DNA of 64,000 nt, taken from positions 124,001-188,000 of the forward strand of contig JALMLS010000562.1 in the NCBI GenBank assembly GCA_038496445.1, read 5' to 3'. Origin of the DNA: Trichosphaerium sp. ATCC 40318 (Eukaryota > Protista > Tubulinea). The translations under genes and the position numbers were made by a program. Within the stretch, counting starts at the first letter, position 1. Every line of letters starts with the position of its first letter. Shown here in pieces: positions 48,465 through 62,091 of this stretch. The notes beneath the pieces are model-generated. The model worked only from the letters and a program-made list of their open reading frames with translations, was not told the DNA's origin and ran no database searches.

Positions 48465-51400
48465 TTACATTTTTTTGTTCGATAACAAAGCGATAAGTTG
48501 ATCAAACAATTCAAAAACGCGTTGTAAATCCGCTGGCGCGAACAAAGCTCTTTTTTCTCCAGATTGAAGACCTTGTTTAAGAATCTCTAAATCCTTCATA
48601 TGATGAGCCGCAAAGAACGCTTTACGTTCCTCAGTAGATTCACACAATGCCATTACCACACGTAGAACCTAAAACAACAATAAATAAACCTCACACTTTA
48701 AACAATTTGAACCTTCAAAAAAAAATACGTACATAGCGCAGGTTGCTTAAAAATTGCGGTTGCTTAGAGCACTGTACAAAATTTGCTGCAAGAAGTGAGA
48801 GAAATTGTGTTTGAGGGCCAAGTAGTTTTTCTTCATTAATGCCATCAATCTGAACACTCTATTAGCTTGTATGGTTCAAAGATCACTGTCAGACGTACAT
48901 CATTTAGTAAGCGTGGGAATATAGAAAGAAGTTCATCATGGCAAGGACTTTCACCAAACTTAGAGATCATAAACCTTTGCAGCTCTTTTGTTACTGGTAA
49001 ACGAGCCAATATTTGTGATACACGTTGTTGAGATGCTTTATAAAGCTTAGAAAGCAATAACAAGCCTTGACGCGTCTCTTCATCACGCCAATGCAATAAA
49101 ATAACAACAACAACTAAACACAAACAATCAGCAACAACTTCACTTCAAGAAAAAAAGAGGAATTTACCCAAGTGAATTATGTGAGCCAACTGATCTGGTT
49201 CGTGAATAAATCGCTGTGCAGCCATAGCACTAACTTGATATATGTATTTTACGTATCTAATGGTAAAGTTAAGGATATTTACAACAACAACCAAAAAAAA
49301 CAACAGAACGTACTCAGCATTTTTTAGTTTATCTTCTGGTGTGTTGTTACTTTGTTGCAACACTGGCAGGTCGTTCAACCTAATACAAAATAATCAATAT
49401 TACTGATGCTAACAAAAAGAAGGAGCCAAAAGTAAAATGTGAGGAGTCATACCTAGAGACTTGGGTGCGTAGGATATGCCTGATGGCTATATCAAGAGTG
49501 GTTTCATCCAAATTAAATAAAGCAGTTAAAATAGTGCGAATGCCAGCCAAACTTTTCGCGGACTCTGTTGGGTTATAGTTATTTATGAAGTACTCCAATA
49601 GATCATATACAACTCGAGGCTAGTAACAGTTAAGTAAACTTATAGTGTTATTTAAAACACAACTATACGTACTCTGAAGTTCCATTGTGCAATTACTTTC
49701 TTCTTAGTAGCTTCCATTACTCGAGGCAAATCAGGAGCTTCCATCCATGATAAAGACTTTTGAACAACATCAACAACAAGCTCAAGAGGAGGTGTCTCTA
49801 CACCTGTGAATTAACGATAAGATAAAAACAACAGTTTGGTTTTTGGATCAAAAATGATTAAAACGTGTTTGACTTGTACCATAGAAGTCGTCAGATTGGA
49901 ACATAACATCCACATCTCGGTTGACTTTAGATAAATATTTTGAAATAACTTTAAGCCCTTTACTATGCACAAAAGCTGCTTGATTTGCAGGATCACCAAG
50001 CAAAATAGAAGCAGTCCTACGTAAAAAATTAAATCAAAGCATAAGAATAGAGCAAAACATACCTTAGAAGATTAGCTGGATTCTCAGGTAAGCACTCGTT
50101 CATCTTTTCAACTAATTCAGGAAAGAAGTGCTCAGGGAACTCAGGAACTTTCTTAATACCCTCAGAAATAACCTTAAGGAGAGTATTGGTAGTATCAACA
50201 TATTCAGGAGTTCCAAGAACCATATGCATCATAGCCCATTTGAAATTACCATGATACAACAGCGCCTTTGTAAAAGGAGTAGATAGATCACAGCATCGCA
50301 AAAGAAGGTTATAAAGCATTGGAACGCTTTCTTCATTAAAGTGAATATACTCTGCCTTTGGTTGAAGCGATATGAAGTAAGTGAAAAAAGAATTATGCCA
50401 TTTTGCTGTATGTGCAATATGATCTTCAATAACATTCCAACCTTCACAAGCAACATCAAGCAGTTGTAACATGGCCTGTATATAGTGAGTATCCTGATAT
50501 TACAATATCTAAAGTTACATACCAGTTTGTTGAGATCAAGCTCACAATGGTAGGAGTCCTGCATCGTATACAACGTAATAAAATCCTCGAGATGGCTCAA
50601 GTACTATTGTTCACCTCGTTAGTAAACAATTTTGACTACATACAAGTACCTGTTGTCTATCTTCAGAATCCTTTAAGTGCCATCGTACACATCTCAAGTA
50701 ACTCAATATCCTGAAACTCTCTTCAGAGACGCCAGTACCTACTTTTTTAGGGATAGCTTTAAACTCTCTAACGACGTCTTCAATATCAGGTAGCATATTC
50801 AAGAGGGCGTTCAGCATCACTCGGCGGTTTTTTATACTTGTAGCGGTAGGGTTATAAGTAACTATATCAGTCATCATCTCAGGAGCTTTAGGATCTTTAG
50901 GGAAGATTTGATAAGGTTCAAAATCTGGTTGAATAGCAAGTACAATGGCTTCGGTACACGCTCGAACCTTTCATTATGTAAGCAAAGGAATGCAAATTAT
51001 GTATAACAATTCCAAGCAATGTACCTCCTTATATCCCTTGAAACACAGTAGCTCGGCAACAAGCCAGTCTTTGTGATGTTTGATAAGATAAGCTCTTGCT
51101 TGTGGCATTCCTTCTGCAGTCTCTGCCAAAAAGCTAGTAGAGTAAGCAAGGGTTTACATATAAAATTAATTGAGATATTTGTACGTACCGTACAGCACGG
51201 TGAGTAGCAGATTTGTACTTGAGGTTTTTGATGATAACAATAATCAATTTTTTAAGAGCTAGCTTGACTCTCTTCTCTTGTAAGTCATCATCCAAGTCTA
51301 ATATCATTGACAAAACTTCTAATATAGCAGGGAAATATTCAGCATTTTCTACATCTATACAATGGGTGATTGTGGAAATCCATTTCTTCGACCAAGGCCA

Positions 51401-54400
51401 GTTATTCCAACATAAATGTTGCCCCATATACCCAACTGCCTCAGTATCTACACCATCTGCAATAATTCTATAGATCCACCCCTAAGTAATGTTTAATCAT
51501 GAAGCGACAAGTTACTTAAAACACTAACCTCAGCCCTAAGAGCATCGTAAGCTTCCTCTGGAAGGCTAGGTTCAAGTCCAGAGGCATCTGCGATATCTGA
51601 TGGATACGCAGCAGGTGATAATGAATCAACTGGGGTATCCGGTACTCTACACGAACGCACTAATATTGAGACACACTATAGCGATGTGATTAGTTTACAA
51701 ATAATGTGAGATATTCTGTACCTCTAGAAGAGGACCAAGTCGATTACAAAAGGAGGTCTTCTTTTTCGATTTCTGTGACAGAGTGAGTGCGCTTCAAATC
51801 ATACCTAACGTACCTTGGTAGGCGGTGCATAGAACAGTATAGCAGCCGAGATAAAGTTTCTAGAAACAAGTAGAGATCGCTCAAGAGGTCCTAATTGAGC
51901 AAACTTTACGTAAAAACTAAATTTCTCGGTAGGGTACTTAACACGAGCAGAACCAATCTGAGAATAATATAAGTAAGGGTTTGATTTTATAATAAAAAAG
52001 TGTCAACAGTACCAATTTTAGATGCTCTTGTAGGAAGCGCACAATCAAAGATCTTGGCTCGCCTTCTGGGAACTCCAATAAAGTGACAGCTAATTCACTC
52101 TGGGAATTTGTGATGTCAATTTCCATTGAGTTTGCATCTTCTGGTTCAATCTCATCATAAAGAGGACGTTCATGACCAAGGAGTGATGAAATGGCACAAA
52201 TGTTTAAATCTACAAATTGTTTCCTCGTATCAGAGTGTGAACATAGCAACAAAGTTTCCCGCATCCATGTGCTGGCATTATTAACAAGTACTTCTAGTAT
52301 CCACTTGGCGCACTAAAATAACACTGTTAACAACGTCGACATCAGAAAAGAGGTTAAAAAAAACCATCGAGACTTACTGGCGTATGGTTAGATATAATTT
52401 GCTGTAATAGCTTAGCAAACTTTGGTAAATTTTTCTTTTCTTTAGCATGGCTAAATGTATTGACAAGGAACTGATACCCAACAGACACAGAGCGCAGTAA
52501 AGGATCTGTTTCCATATCAATAGGAGTATCATAAGATTGTTCTAAAGGTAAGTAAGCATATTGTCATTGGTATAACGTTGTACGTACTAAAGTAAGTCTC
52601 ATTGAAATACAACTGTACAAAATCCTGGATGAACTGGAAGTAGTCTGTCGAAAATACATATTTATCACGTATAAACTTTGTATTTTGATCCCAAACTTCC
52701 GTTAATACCTCAGGAGGCACCGCAGATGACCTTGCATCTGCTGGTACTGGTTCAAGGGCACCGTCAACTTTTATAGGGCTTCTGCGCTTGTAAAATAACA
52801 TGTAAGCGCTGTAGTGTTTCTGAACGGTTGTAGGCACAGTTTTTCCTTGTGCATCTACAGTAGTCCCTCTTTCTACGCCACCATAGCAGTGATTAGGTAT
52901 ATCCTACAATCATGTTAATGTTTAATAGGTGAAGAGCGAGCTAAGTACCTCTTTGTTAAAGTTATCTACAGTAGAATCATCAAAGGAATACCACTCTCCC
53001 TTTGTATCATCCTCATTCCGAATGAATGAATAATAATGGCCTGACTCTGCGGTACCCCTTTTGATATTCTTAGTCAAAATTATACACCTAAAGTAAAACA
53101 TACCTGTGTACAAGGATACCAGTCAACTCATATTCATAGTAAGACGCATCTCTTTGTGGTAAATCTATCGCAATTGTGAGGCAATGAATACAATAATAAC
53201 GAGTACCTTCTGTGGATTTTCCTTCGCGCTTAGCAAGGCCTTCAACCGTAAAAGGTTCCAAGTTCAATACGTCAGGGAACTTGAGCAAGTCATTGACTTT
53301 CACCCTTCTAAAAATTTCCATGTCGAATTCGAACCGTTTCAGATGAACAATGAGGTTATTTGGCAGATCCTTTATACAGCAACGCTTTAATGCATCCACT
53401 TTTCTATTGTGCTCAGCGCAAAAGTACTGGTTTTCACCATCCAACATATCTCCTAGCTCAGGAGTAAGTAAATGCAGTAAATAATTGTTGTTTACCCTTT
53501 ACAAATGCTTCTAGTGACTCATACACCGAACTTTTACCCTTAACATCCAAGCCAAGTGTAAAAAAAGGCTCTTCACGCTCTGAAACAAAGTCTACATCCT
53601 TGGCAATAATTTGGTGACATAGTTTTCCTCCAAACACGTCTGTGAGAATATGGTGCTACAGTACTTATTAATGAGATGTAACAATGAAAGTGTGACGCAC
53701 TTCTTCGTTCTTTTTAAGGCACTTTTCGAGCATGTCGAACATTTGTGAGAAGAACTCGTCTACATCCATTTGAACGCGTACATCTACGCTCTCTCCATTA
53801 TTGTCTGGTTTGTAAGACATGCAAAATTGTCTAGTATCGTAGCTCCTCTTCTCACTCTCCTGAAGAACTGCAAACATTTGTTTTAAGTTATGCAAGAAAT
53901 TTTCCTCTTTGGTTTTATCATCGGCAATGTCTTTAGCACGTAACAACCCACAACGGAACTCTGGAACCATATAAAGCTGCTGCATCAATGAATTCATGTA
54001 ACATGTTGCTCCAAGATTCTTAAGACCAACATAACCGCACTCGGCTAGTAAGAAAATTAACAAACAGTTTGAAGAAGTATTTTTTTTAGTACCTTTTTCA
54101 ACTCCCAAAGGATAGTAATTCCAAGAGCGTTTTCCCTTTAAGTGTAGAGGTACAACTAGTTCACTTAACAAGTATAGGTTTGCTGGACATTGATCACAAA
54201 GAGCCAATAATAGCTTGTACGCTGTACTTCTAGCTCTTCTTGTTTTACACACTGGTGGATACCTAAACAGAAAAACTGTCACTCCTACATAGAGAAGAAA
54301 GAGAAAGTGTTCGTACGGTTTCACGCGCTTTTCTAAGGTAGGAATATCGAAGAGACAGCGCTCCCAGATAATTTTAATCAAGTCCACCCCAGAACCAGGT

Positions 54401-57400
54401 ATTTCTTTGAACGAAGGTTCTCTAACGCACAAAGAACGTGCAACATTTAATAAGCCAATGATAACCTTATCTTCGCCAACTTTGCTTCCATCTCCGCCTT
54501 TCTTTTCAACTATTGGCTGATCTGAAATCATTTTTATGACTAAGACGAAGAGTTTCTTGAAATCTTCTGATTTGTTTGTTGTAATAGAAGAAGAGTAGTT
54601 GAGTAGCTTGCAAATAAGCTCAAAATACTCATCAGAACGCCCTTCGCGACGATCAAGGTTAGGGAGGAACGCTATTAAATGTCCGAACAGATTGATAGCG
54701 GGGTGCTCTTTGCCATGTTCAAAACTAAACAATTATTTAAGTTTCCGTGTTGTCAATTGCTATTGCAAGTCATACCTGAACTCAGTGCATAAACTAAAAA
54801 GGCCAAGTGCGGTTGATACACGTGCCCGTTGCTCAGGATTGACAAGGAGTACAGCATGTAACCACTCACGGAATTTAGGGTGTTTTTGCAATGATGTTAA
54901 GAAGGCTGATGAGTTCATAGCAGTAGCTGCAATCAGAGATATTGCACCAGTGAACACAGATACAGTAGTTGCAGCGTTCAAGAGAAGGTTACCACTATCA
55001 TCAACAATGTTTACAGCGAGTTCATGAGTGATTTCTAACAGCCTGTGGATTAAGTCGGCGCCTTTAATGTATCGTGCAGAGGCCAGCAAATTACCTATCA
55101 GAAGTAAATCCTTCGACGCCATGATTGTAACGTACCATCTATTACTGGAACTTCATTTGCTCCTTTTGTCAATACAAACTCTGACACTAGACGTATTAAT
55201 GCGCCAAGAGCACCGGCAGCAATATTACGATAGGATGGATCTGGAATAAAGTTCGTGCGCATCAAAATACCAAATAATTGGTTAAGACCACCTGTTGCTA
55301 CAAATCCCTGCTTCCATCGCGCTGTGTCCTCTCTCAAGCATCCTTCTGCAATCTAAATAAAACCTTGAGCAACAATTTAACGCAAGAGAGATTGCTAACC
55401 TGCAATGAGTATAACATCTTGAATACAGAGTTAGGATCAATAATGTTATCCCATGACAGCTTTGGGTTGTCCAAACGGAAGAGGGTTTGTTTCATTCTCT
55501 CGTTTGGAGGCATGCTAGATAACAAACTCCACACACATTGTGCGACATGCGCTTCCTTTGTTGTACTAGATGATAGAAGAGAAAACAAGTTGTTAAACAT
55601 TGTCTGAGATGATAGAATATATGTTGGCCTTGCTTCTACCGGTACATTGCGTGGAGCTAGCGACTCTGGCTGACTCTCTTTAGGCACGTTATTGCGATAC
55701 AAGCAAAAAACTAATATCTCATTAGCGGAATAATCAATAACAAATCAATCACATTACCAACTGTCTCAGGTGGTTTTAAATTCAAGTCTCCCAAAGTATT
55801 ATCATTTCCTTTCAATTCTTTTCCAGCAAAAACGATACGCAGCATATTAGCTGGTTCGTTTGATTGAGCTTGAATAAGTTGTTTAAATTCTCCAAGCAAA
55901 GTGTTCGTAGTCACTTGAAGTGAAAAAGATTCCTTATTTTGCATTAATCTAACGTTAACTTTAAGAGGGATTGGTGCAGGCAAGGCTCGAGGTTCAAGAG
56001 TTGTCAATGATTGCTAGGTCCACGTTAGGAATAATGTTTTTTTGGTAAGCTATCTGTACCTTCATTACGCCTATAACACGTTGTAGACCAAGTTCTTTAT
56101 CTTTTTCCTCCTACTTGGTATTAGAAAAGGAAAAAAAATATTGTGCAAAGCCTTTCGTACTTGTTGTGATTTATTCTCTGAAATGTAAGCTTTTGAAATA
56201 GACATTAGATGACTCATGCAGCGCTCAAAAAATTTGACACGATTTTGTACAACTAGTTGCTCTGCTTCTCCTGTGACCTATTATAGATTATCAATAATGA
56301 CTCTTGTGTATTAATAGTCTTACAAAGCACTGAAGATTAGTCAAAAATGAGATAGCCAAAGCGCCGACTTGTTGATCGCGAGCGCTAATGGCAATCTTCC
56401 ACAGAACATCTAGACCTTCCAAATCAAGTGAATAAACACTGTATTTGTTGTTTTGATAGAACTCGAGCTTATTTGTGCGTGTATTGACGATGCGGAAGAG
56501 TAATTCGAACGTAGCATAACCACTTGGAGGCAAGTTTGTACAATCTAGACGCAAGAATTTCTCGTTGAAGATGTAATCAATTTCTTGTTCGCCAAATGCC
56601 TCATAAGTGGGTATTAAATAGTCAAACGGCTAGACAATTGTTAAATAAATACTTTTGCAATTATATCAATACCCGAGGAGCTCTTTTATGTATCCACATG
56701 AATCCTTCATCACGCTCTTTTTGAGTAAGTCCTGATTCAATAACAGAATGCCAAAATACATCTAAAAGCATTCGTTAACCCTCTTCATAAAAACCTTTAG
56801 TACATACCTATTAATTCTTTGCTTAGAGAAAGTGTCGAGTTAGATAACAAGCTTCCCATAAATAAGAGTCTGTTTTGTATCATTTCTTCGTGAGGGTATA
56901 ATTTTCCTTTGAATATAGTGGTATCAATGTTACCCTCGAAATCTGGTTCAGAAACACGCTTTTGAACAAGTTGCTTATAATCCGCAAATTCTTCAAAACA
57001 TAATCCCAAAAGGTTATATTTGCTATCAACAGCTTCAATGACTTTGCCCATTTTAGCTCCATATGTTGCTAGCAATCGACAATTAATATCTCTTTGACTA
57101 AAACTAATACGCACTAAATATTGTCTTCAATGTGAACAATGATTGGCAAACTGCGTTTCGTCCTTTCAAATTGTTTATGCACTTCTCTACAAATCTCTCT
57201 CTAATTGTATCGTTCAATAGATGATATATACAAAAAAATAACAAACCGTTCGTGATGACACATTTCCCACATTAGGAAATCAGCTAAGCTCCTCTGAGCA
57301 CTAATTGCCACATCGCCTATAACTGTGGCGCTATCTTGCATGCATAACCAAAGCATATCAAGTCCTATCCACGCTGCTCCACCAGCCTTTTATGTATGAT

Positions 57401-59300
57401 TAAAAAAACGACAACAAATACGATAATACCTTGCCGACACCTGCGATTGACAGTCCTCTAATGAACTGTACAGTATGCAAGTCATAGACATTCAAAGGGA
57501 TCTTTTTAACTTTCTCAAGAAGATAAACAATATGCTCTAAATGCATATCATTAATAGCTTGTGTTGTACAATTCCAGACTAAGTGGCGAACACTTTCGTG
57601 CTTATCCTAGTATGTGAAATTAAATATGTTGCAATGACTGAAATGTGCCACATACCTCTTGAGCAGCCCACAAGCAATCTAAATCTTCATTTGTAATTTC
57701 GTCATTAGCGCTAAGAACGCGCAGAATAGCTGGTGATTTTTTTAACAGTTCTGGGTGAACATTTTCTACAAACAAAGCAGAGACCAGTTTGCGAGAGCGG
57801 AACCAATCAGCAAGAGTGGCAATATCTACAGGCGCTCGTTTATATGATCCAACCATCAACTCACGTGGATCTGCATCGTGGTCTTTCAGAGCTGCACGCG
57901 CCATTTCACGTATAACAGTTAACCCTTCTAAGCGCTTGGGTAGTATAGGGCTCATTAACCACGCGTAGGCTGCGTCAAACTTTAGGTGGCCAACACACAA
58001 CGCAACATCAAAAGTGGTTTCGTCAGACATCTCTTCTAAATGGGTCATCATCCTCTTGCAATACATAATTACGAATTCTAAAACTTCTTGGCTTGACTCT
58101 CGAACATCTGCTTCAACCTGTGCTTGGAAGTGCTAATGATTTGATTAAAAAAAAAAGCAAACTACAACAAAACAAAATTGTTTCAAGGTTTAATATTAAT
58201 TTTCCAATGTCACTGAAATAAGACTTGATTACGTACGCGTCTAACAGCAGTGTATATCCTTTTAAGAATTTTAAATAGGTAATCAGTTGATAGAAATTGG
58301 GAAACCTACATACAAGCATAAGCAATGGTAAGGTCGTAAACACTACATGTTTGGGTGACGTTTTGGTCTTTTTATATTTTCACTAAAAACTTTCTCCTAG
58401 CCGTACCCTGTCAATCACGCGTAATAATACCCTGACATCTGCTAATTTTGGTTTTGTTTCTTCGTCAACATCATCCAGACGATCTAAAATATAATCGAAG
58501 CCTTTCAGGTCATAAAAGTAGTTTATAGCCTCTAAGTAATGACCAGAAATTTGATAGTAATCATTCTAGAAGCAGTGAAATTAGATCAAAAAGCATGACA
58601 CCTTGGTTTTTTTTTGTACCGTCACGACCATTTCGCACTCCTACAGAAACGTTAGCGCTAATTACAACAATAACACGCGTTTTTACATTGGAAAAGCAAT
58701 AAATAAAAATAAAAAGCGCAACTGATGTTCTTTTTTGTACTTTACCTCGTAATCGGTTCTGTTGTAGAAGTCTAGGCCCGAATTGAGCAGTAAACCTAAA
58801 GCCACCATTATTTCGTGCTCTTCGTTTGGTAAACGCTCCACACAAAATTTGAGAATGTGGGAAACAAATTCGAAGGCCTGTGCGGCTTCATCTTCGTCGA
58901 AATTCCTACAGAAGATTTTTAATTTTTTTTTTTTAAACCGACGGGCGGGTATTGCCTCTAAATACAATACCTTCTGCGTAACAGAACACTAATAATGTTC
59001 TTGAGTATTCTAGTTATAAATGGACGTAATTTGGTCTCGTCGTTCTCTGCCAGCTCTCTCAAACATTCTATTACTCTATCAAGATCCCGAGACAAGTTTG
59101 CAGCTGCAAATAATACGTTAGATTCGTGAACGGCAGATCGCCGACAAAAAGACAGTTTTAACGTGTCATCTAACGCGCAACCGACAATTAATGCAATCGG
59201 TAAAGCCAGCTGTACCTTTTTGCAATCTGTCTTGTATTGTCTCAAATTCGTCCTTTAGATCACTCAAAGGGTCCTCTGACTCGCTAGAAGCTTGAGACAT
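48465..59300 (-). CDS. Large ubiquitin-specific protease (USP24/USP34/USP9-like) with internal UBL domain, many introns
   Basis: Cys box GYVGLKNLGATCYMNSLMQQL, QMDVDEFF, HLKRFEFD, His box GILVHR|GTAESGHYYSFI, SAYMLFY. UBL segment LRIVFAGKELK. Confidence 0.92.
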
Positions 59301-59769
59301 TTACTCTAGCTGAAGGGACTTATGGCATGTAGGTTAGACAACCACTTTCTGTTATTTTCCAGTCGTGACATTCAGCAAATGTCGTTTGCCCAATATTTTT
59401 GACCGCATACACCTCCACACTAGATGAACACTAACCACCAACCTTGTCGTGTTGTTTGGATTGGTACTTTTTCGCTTTTTTCGAAACCAAGTCACAATCT
59501 TATGATCAATATAAGGTTCCATACCTCAAAACACCTCGGAACACGATATTAGGCAAGTATGTGCACAATACGCTAATCCAGCGTCCCTTGTAAACATCAA
59601 GGTATTATACATAACGTTTACAGCATTGCTGATTGATTAATAGTTCCTTGTAAATAAAAATTGTTGTTTTGTTTATTTTCGCACCATTGAGGGTACTGCA
59701 GGCATATTTACGCGTATATTAATGTATTTAGATGCGAAAGCGGTACATAGCAACCTTCACAATAAAACA

Positions 59770-61086
59770 ATGAATGGTGCGTTTATTAAAACTGGTTGGG
59801 GCAGAGAGAACGATGCTCAAACATATCCGAATCAAATGCACCCAAACATGGGTCAAATGGGTACTTGTAAAATTAACGACACTATCTTTTGACACTTTGT
59901 CAGGCGGCCCACCAATGATGCCAGGCATGCATCAACCAATGATGCAAAACGCACCCTTTGGAGCTCCACCTCCAGGGATGCAGCCATTGCCTCCGCCTCC
60001 GGCAGACCATAACCACAAGAAATGCATCGACAACGTTGTACATCATATTGTAGAAAAGGGGATAAAGTTTGGTAATCCTGAGGTAGTGCTTCGTTTTATT
60101 GACACGTTGTAGAGGAATTTATGCAAAAGAAACAACAGAACAACCCACTGTTCGCATTTATTTTTGCTGGTGCCTTTTCAAATTATTACAAAGCTCTACT
60201 TGGTTCTGCAGGCACCGTGTTACATCACCGACCTGTATGTACGCCCGATCTTACCAGTGAGTACCGAAAACAGCTAACAGATATGATGTATAACCTCTCA
60301 ACAAACCAAAATAGTATACAGGTTAGAACGATGTCTTCTTTCTCAAATTACTAACTTTGGCGTTAGTCAGCAAAACAGTGGATAATTGAAAGATACGCAG
60401 TCCACGATGCCATATTCAACGAAGTTATGTTAATAGTAGAGGATGATATGGTCAATTACAAAATGCACACAGCTATTCTTTATGTGATAAATGACGTTCT
60501 ACATCACGTGTATGTTACAACTTCATTTTTACCATTTTTTGTTTATTTATTCTAGTGCAAAAGCGGAACCCACAAATAATGCAATAAAACCCTTGTTGCA
60601 CTCAGCATTGAAATATCTTCCATTTATTCTGTATTACCTCTATTCTGGAGATCAGAACGGAAAGCAAGCAGTAAATAAGGCAAGTAGATTCGTCAAAGAA
60701 GAACCCGTACTAACATATTTTAGGTGTTTGATCTGTGGGCGCAGTGGTCTATTTTAGATAGTGTTACATTGTCTTCCCTGCGCATGCAACTAGAAAAACC
60801 TTTTCCACCATTGCGTATGCCAATGCCGCAGCACAGAGGCCCACCTCAACCGCCACCAGGACCTCCTATACCGCAACCTCAACAAAATCGTAGACCAGAC
60901 TACGATTGTCCTCCTGGAATTTTTTCTTTACTGCTAAAGGACCGACCTGCTTCTCAAGCCTACCAGCCTATAGATTCTTCAACGATTCCAGCTGTAAAAC
61001 CTATTGGAAACGAGGCACAGAGTGTTGAAAAACACGTGCAAGATTTTTTGCAAAAGTTTAACATCAAAAAGACGCCACAAGCATAA
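59770..61086 (+). CDS. CHERP: CHERP-like SURP + CID domain protein, spliced
   Basis: IDNVVHHIVEKGIKF|EEFMQKKQQNNPLFAFIF...YYK, SIQ|SAKQWI, ILYVINDVLHH, DCPPGIF...YQPID. Confidence 0.75.
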
Positions 61087-61121
61087 CAAACGTTCAAAAA
61101 AAACCACGTGATTGATGTTGG

Positions 61122-62011
61122 TTACATTGCCAAAAATCTTTTATTTATGTACAAATCCAGTTGGGTAAGATTTTGTAACTCATTTGTTTTCTTTTTGCAA
61201 GAATAATTGCATTGCACAGTGGCATATTTCTCTACAAAGGAATTAAGCTGTTGTTTAGTTGTATTAAAATATAACGTACCTTTGGAAGCTGCGTTTGAGC
61301 CTCTCTGTGCTAAATGTACCAAAATCAAAAGGAAAATTTGGATACAGCAGGTGCAGGCAATCAGGATAATAGTTCCGCACAAGTCCACCGCCGCCCAAAT
61401 CACTAAGTTGTCTATGTGACACGCGAAGCCAATCATCCGGACATTTCACCTCTAGTGAGCTCTCCGCAGCTGTATGGTTGTTAGATTACTCGACTACGTG
61501 GCTCTGTACCCAGTAAGAAGTCTACAATGTTATCACTTGTGTGCCAATGTTTGTGCGGTGACTTTCTGACATGAGTATTAGACGATTTTAGTCGTTCTGT
61601 CGCGTACCCGAACTGCCAGGGTACCCATGGATGTTCTGGGTAGACGGTTTGGAGCATTCTATAAATTGACCCTTCATACCTACATTTGACGTTACATTTC
61701 GCGAAGGAGATTAGTGTAGTACTTTAATAGCAGTGTTTTGGCGTTGTTAGCGAAAAAGTGATACTTAGTCACTTTGTACCAGTGCTGCCACACTTCAATA
61801 CTTAATTTACGCCCTAAGAGGTCCAAGAAGTGCCTTTGATTATCTACTTTATTCCAGTAGCCAAATGGCATTGGGGCCTTTTTTCTACGCATACGCTTCC
61901 CATTGGAACTTCCTGTACCTCGTTTAATTCATCATTTTATCCAACCGTGTCACAAACCTTTGTAAAATTTTATCAACCCTCTTGCGCGTCTACTGACCAT
62001 GTGCGGTACAT
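61122..62011 (-). CDS. Helical-repeat protein (YW..NQR.F...WY.V...YPEH.W.PW.F family) with truncated nuclease-like tail
   Basis: GYWNKVDNQRHFLDLLGRKLSI...WYKVT...YEGSIYRMLQTVYPEHPWVPWQFG, followed by a second degenerate repeat DDWLRVS...GGGGLV...LYPNF. The 3' exon frame is uncertain. Confidence 0.6.
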
Positions 62012-62091
62012 GTGAGAATCGTTGTTTAATTTGAAAATCAACAAGGTAAAACGTAGTCAGAATTCACGTATCCTGTACAGTTTGTTCCATA

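Noticed and set aside
49256-49312. U12-type intron (TCCTTAAC branch-like motif, minus strand)
   Set aside because: The donor is GTACGT (U2 type); no RTATCCTT donor was found at an exon boundary.
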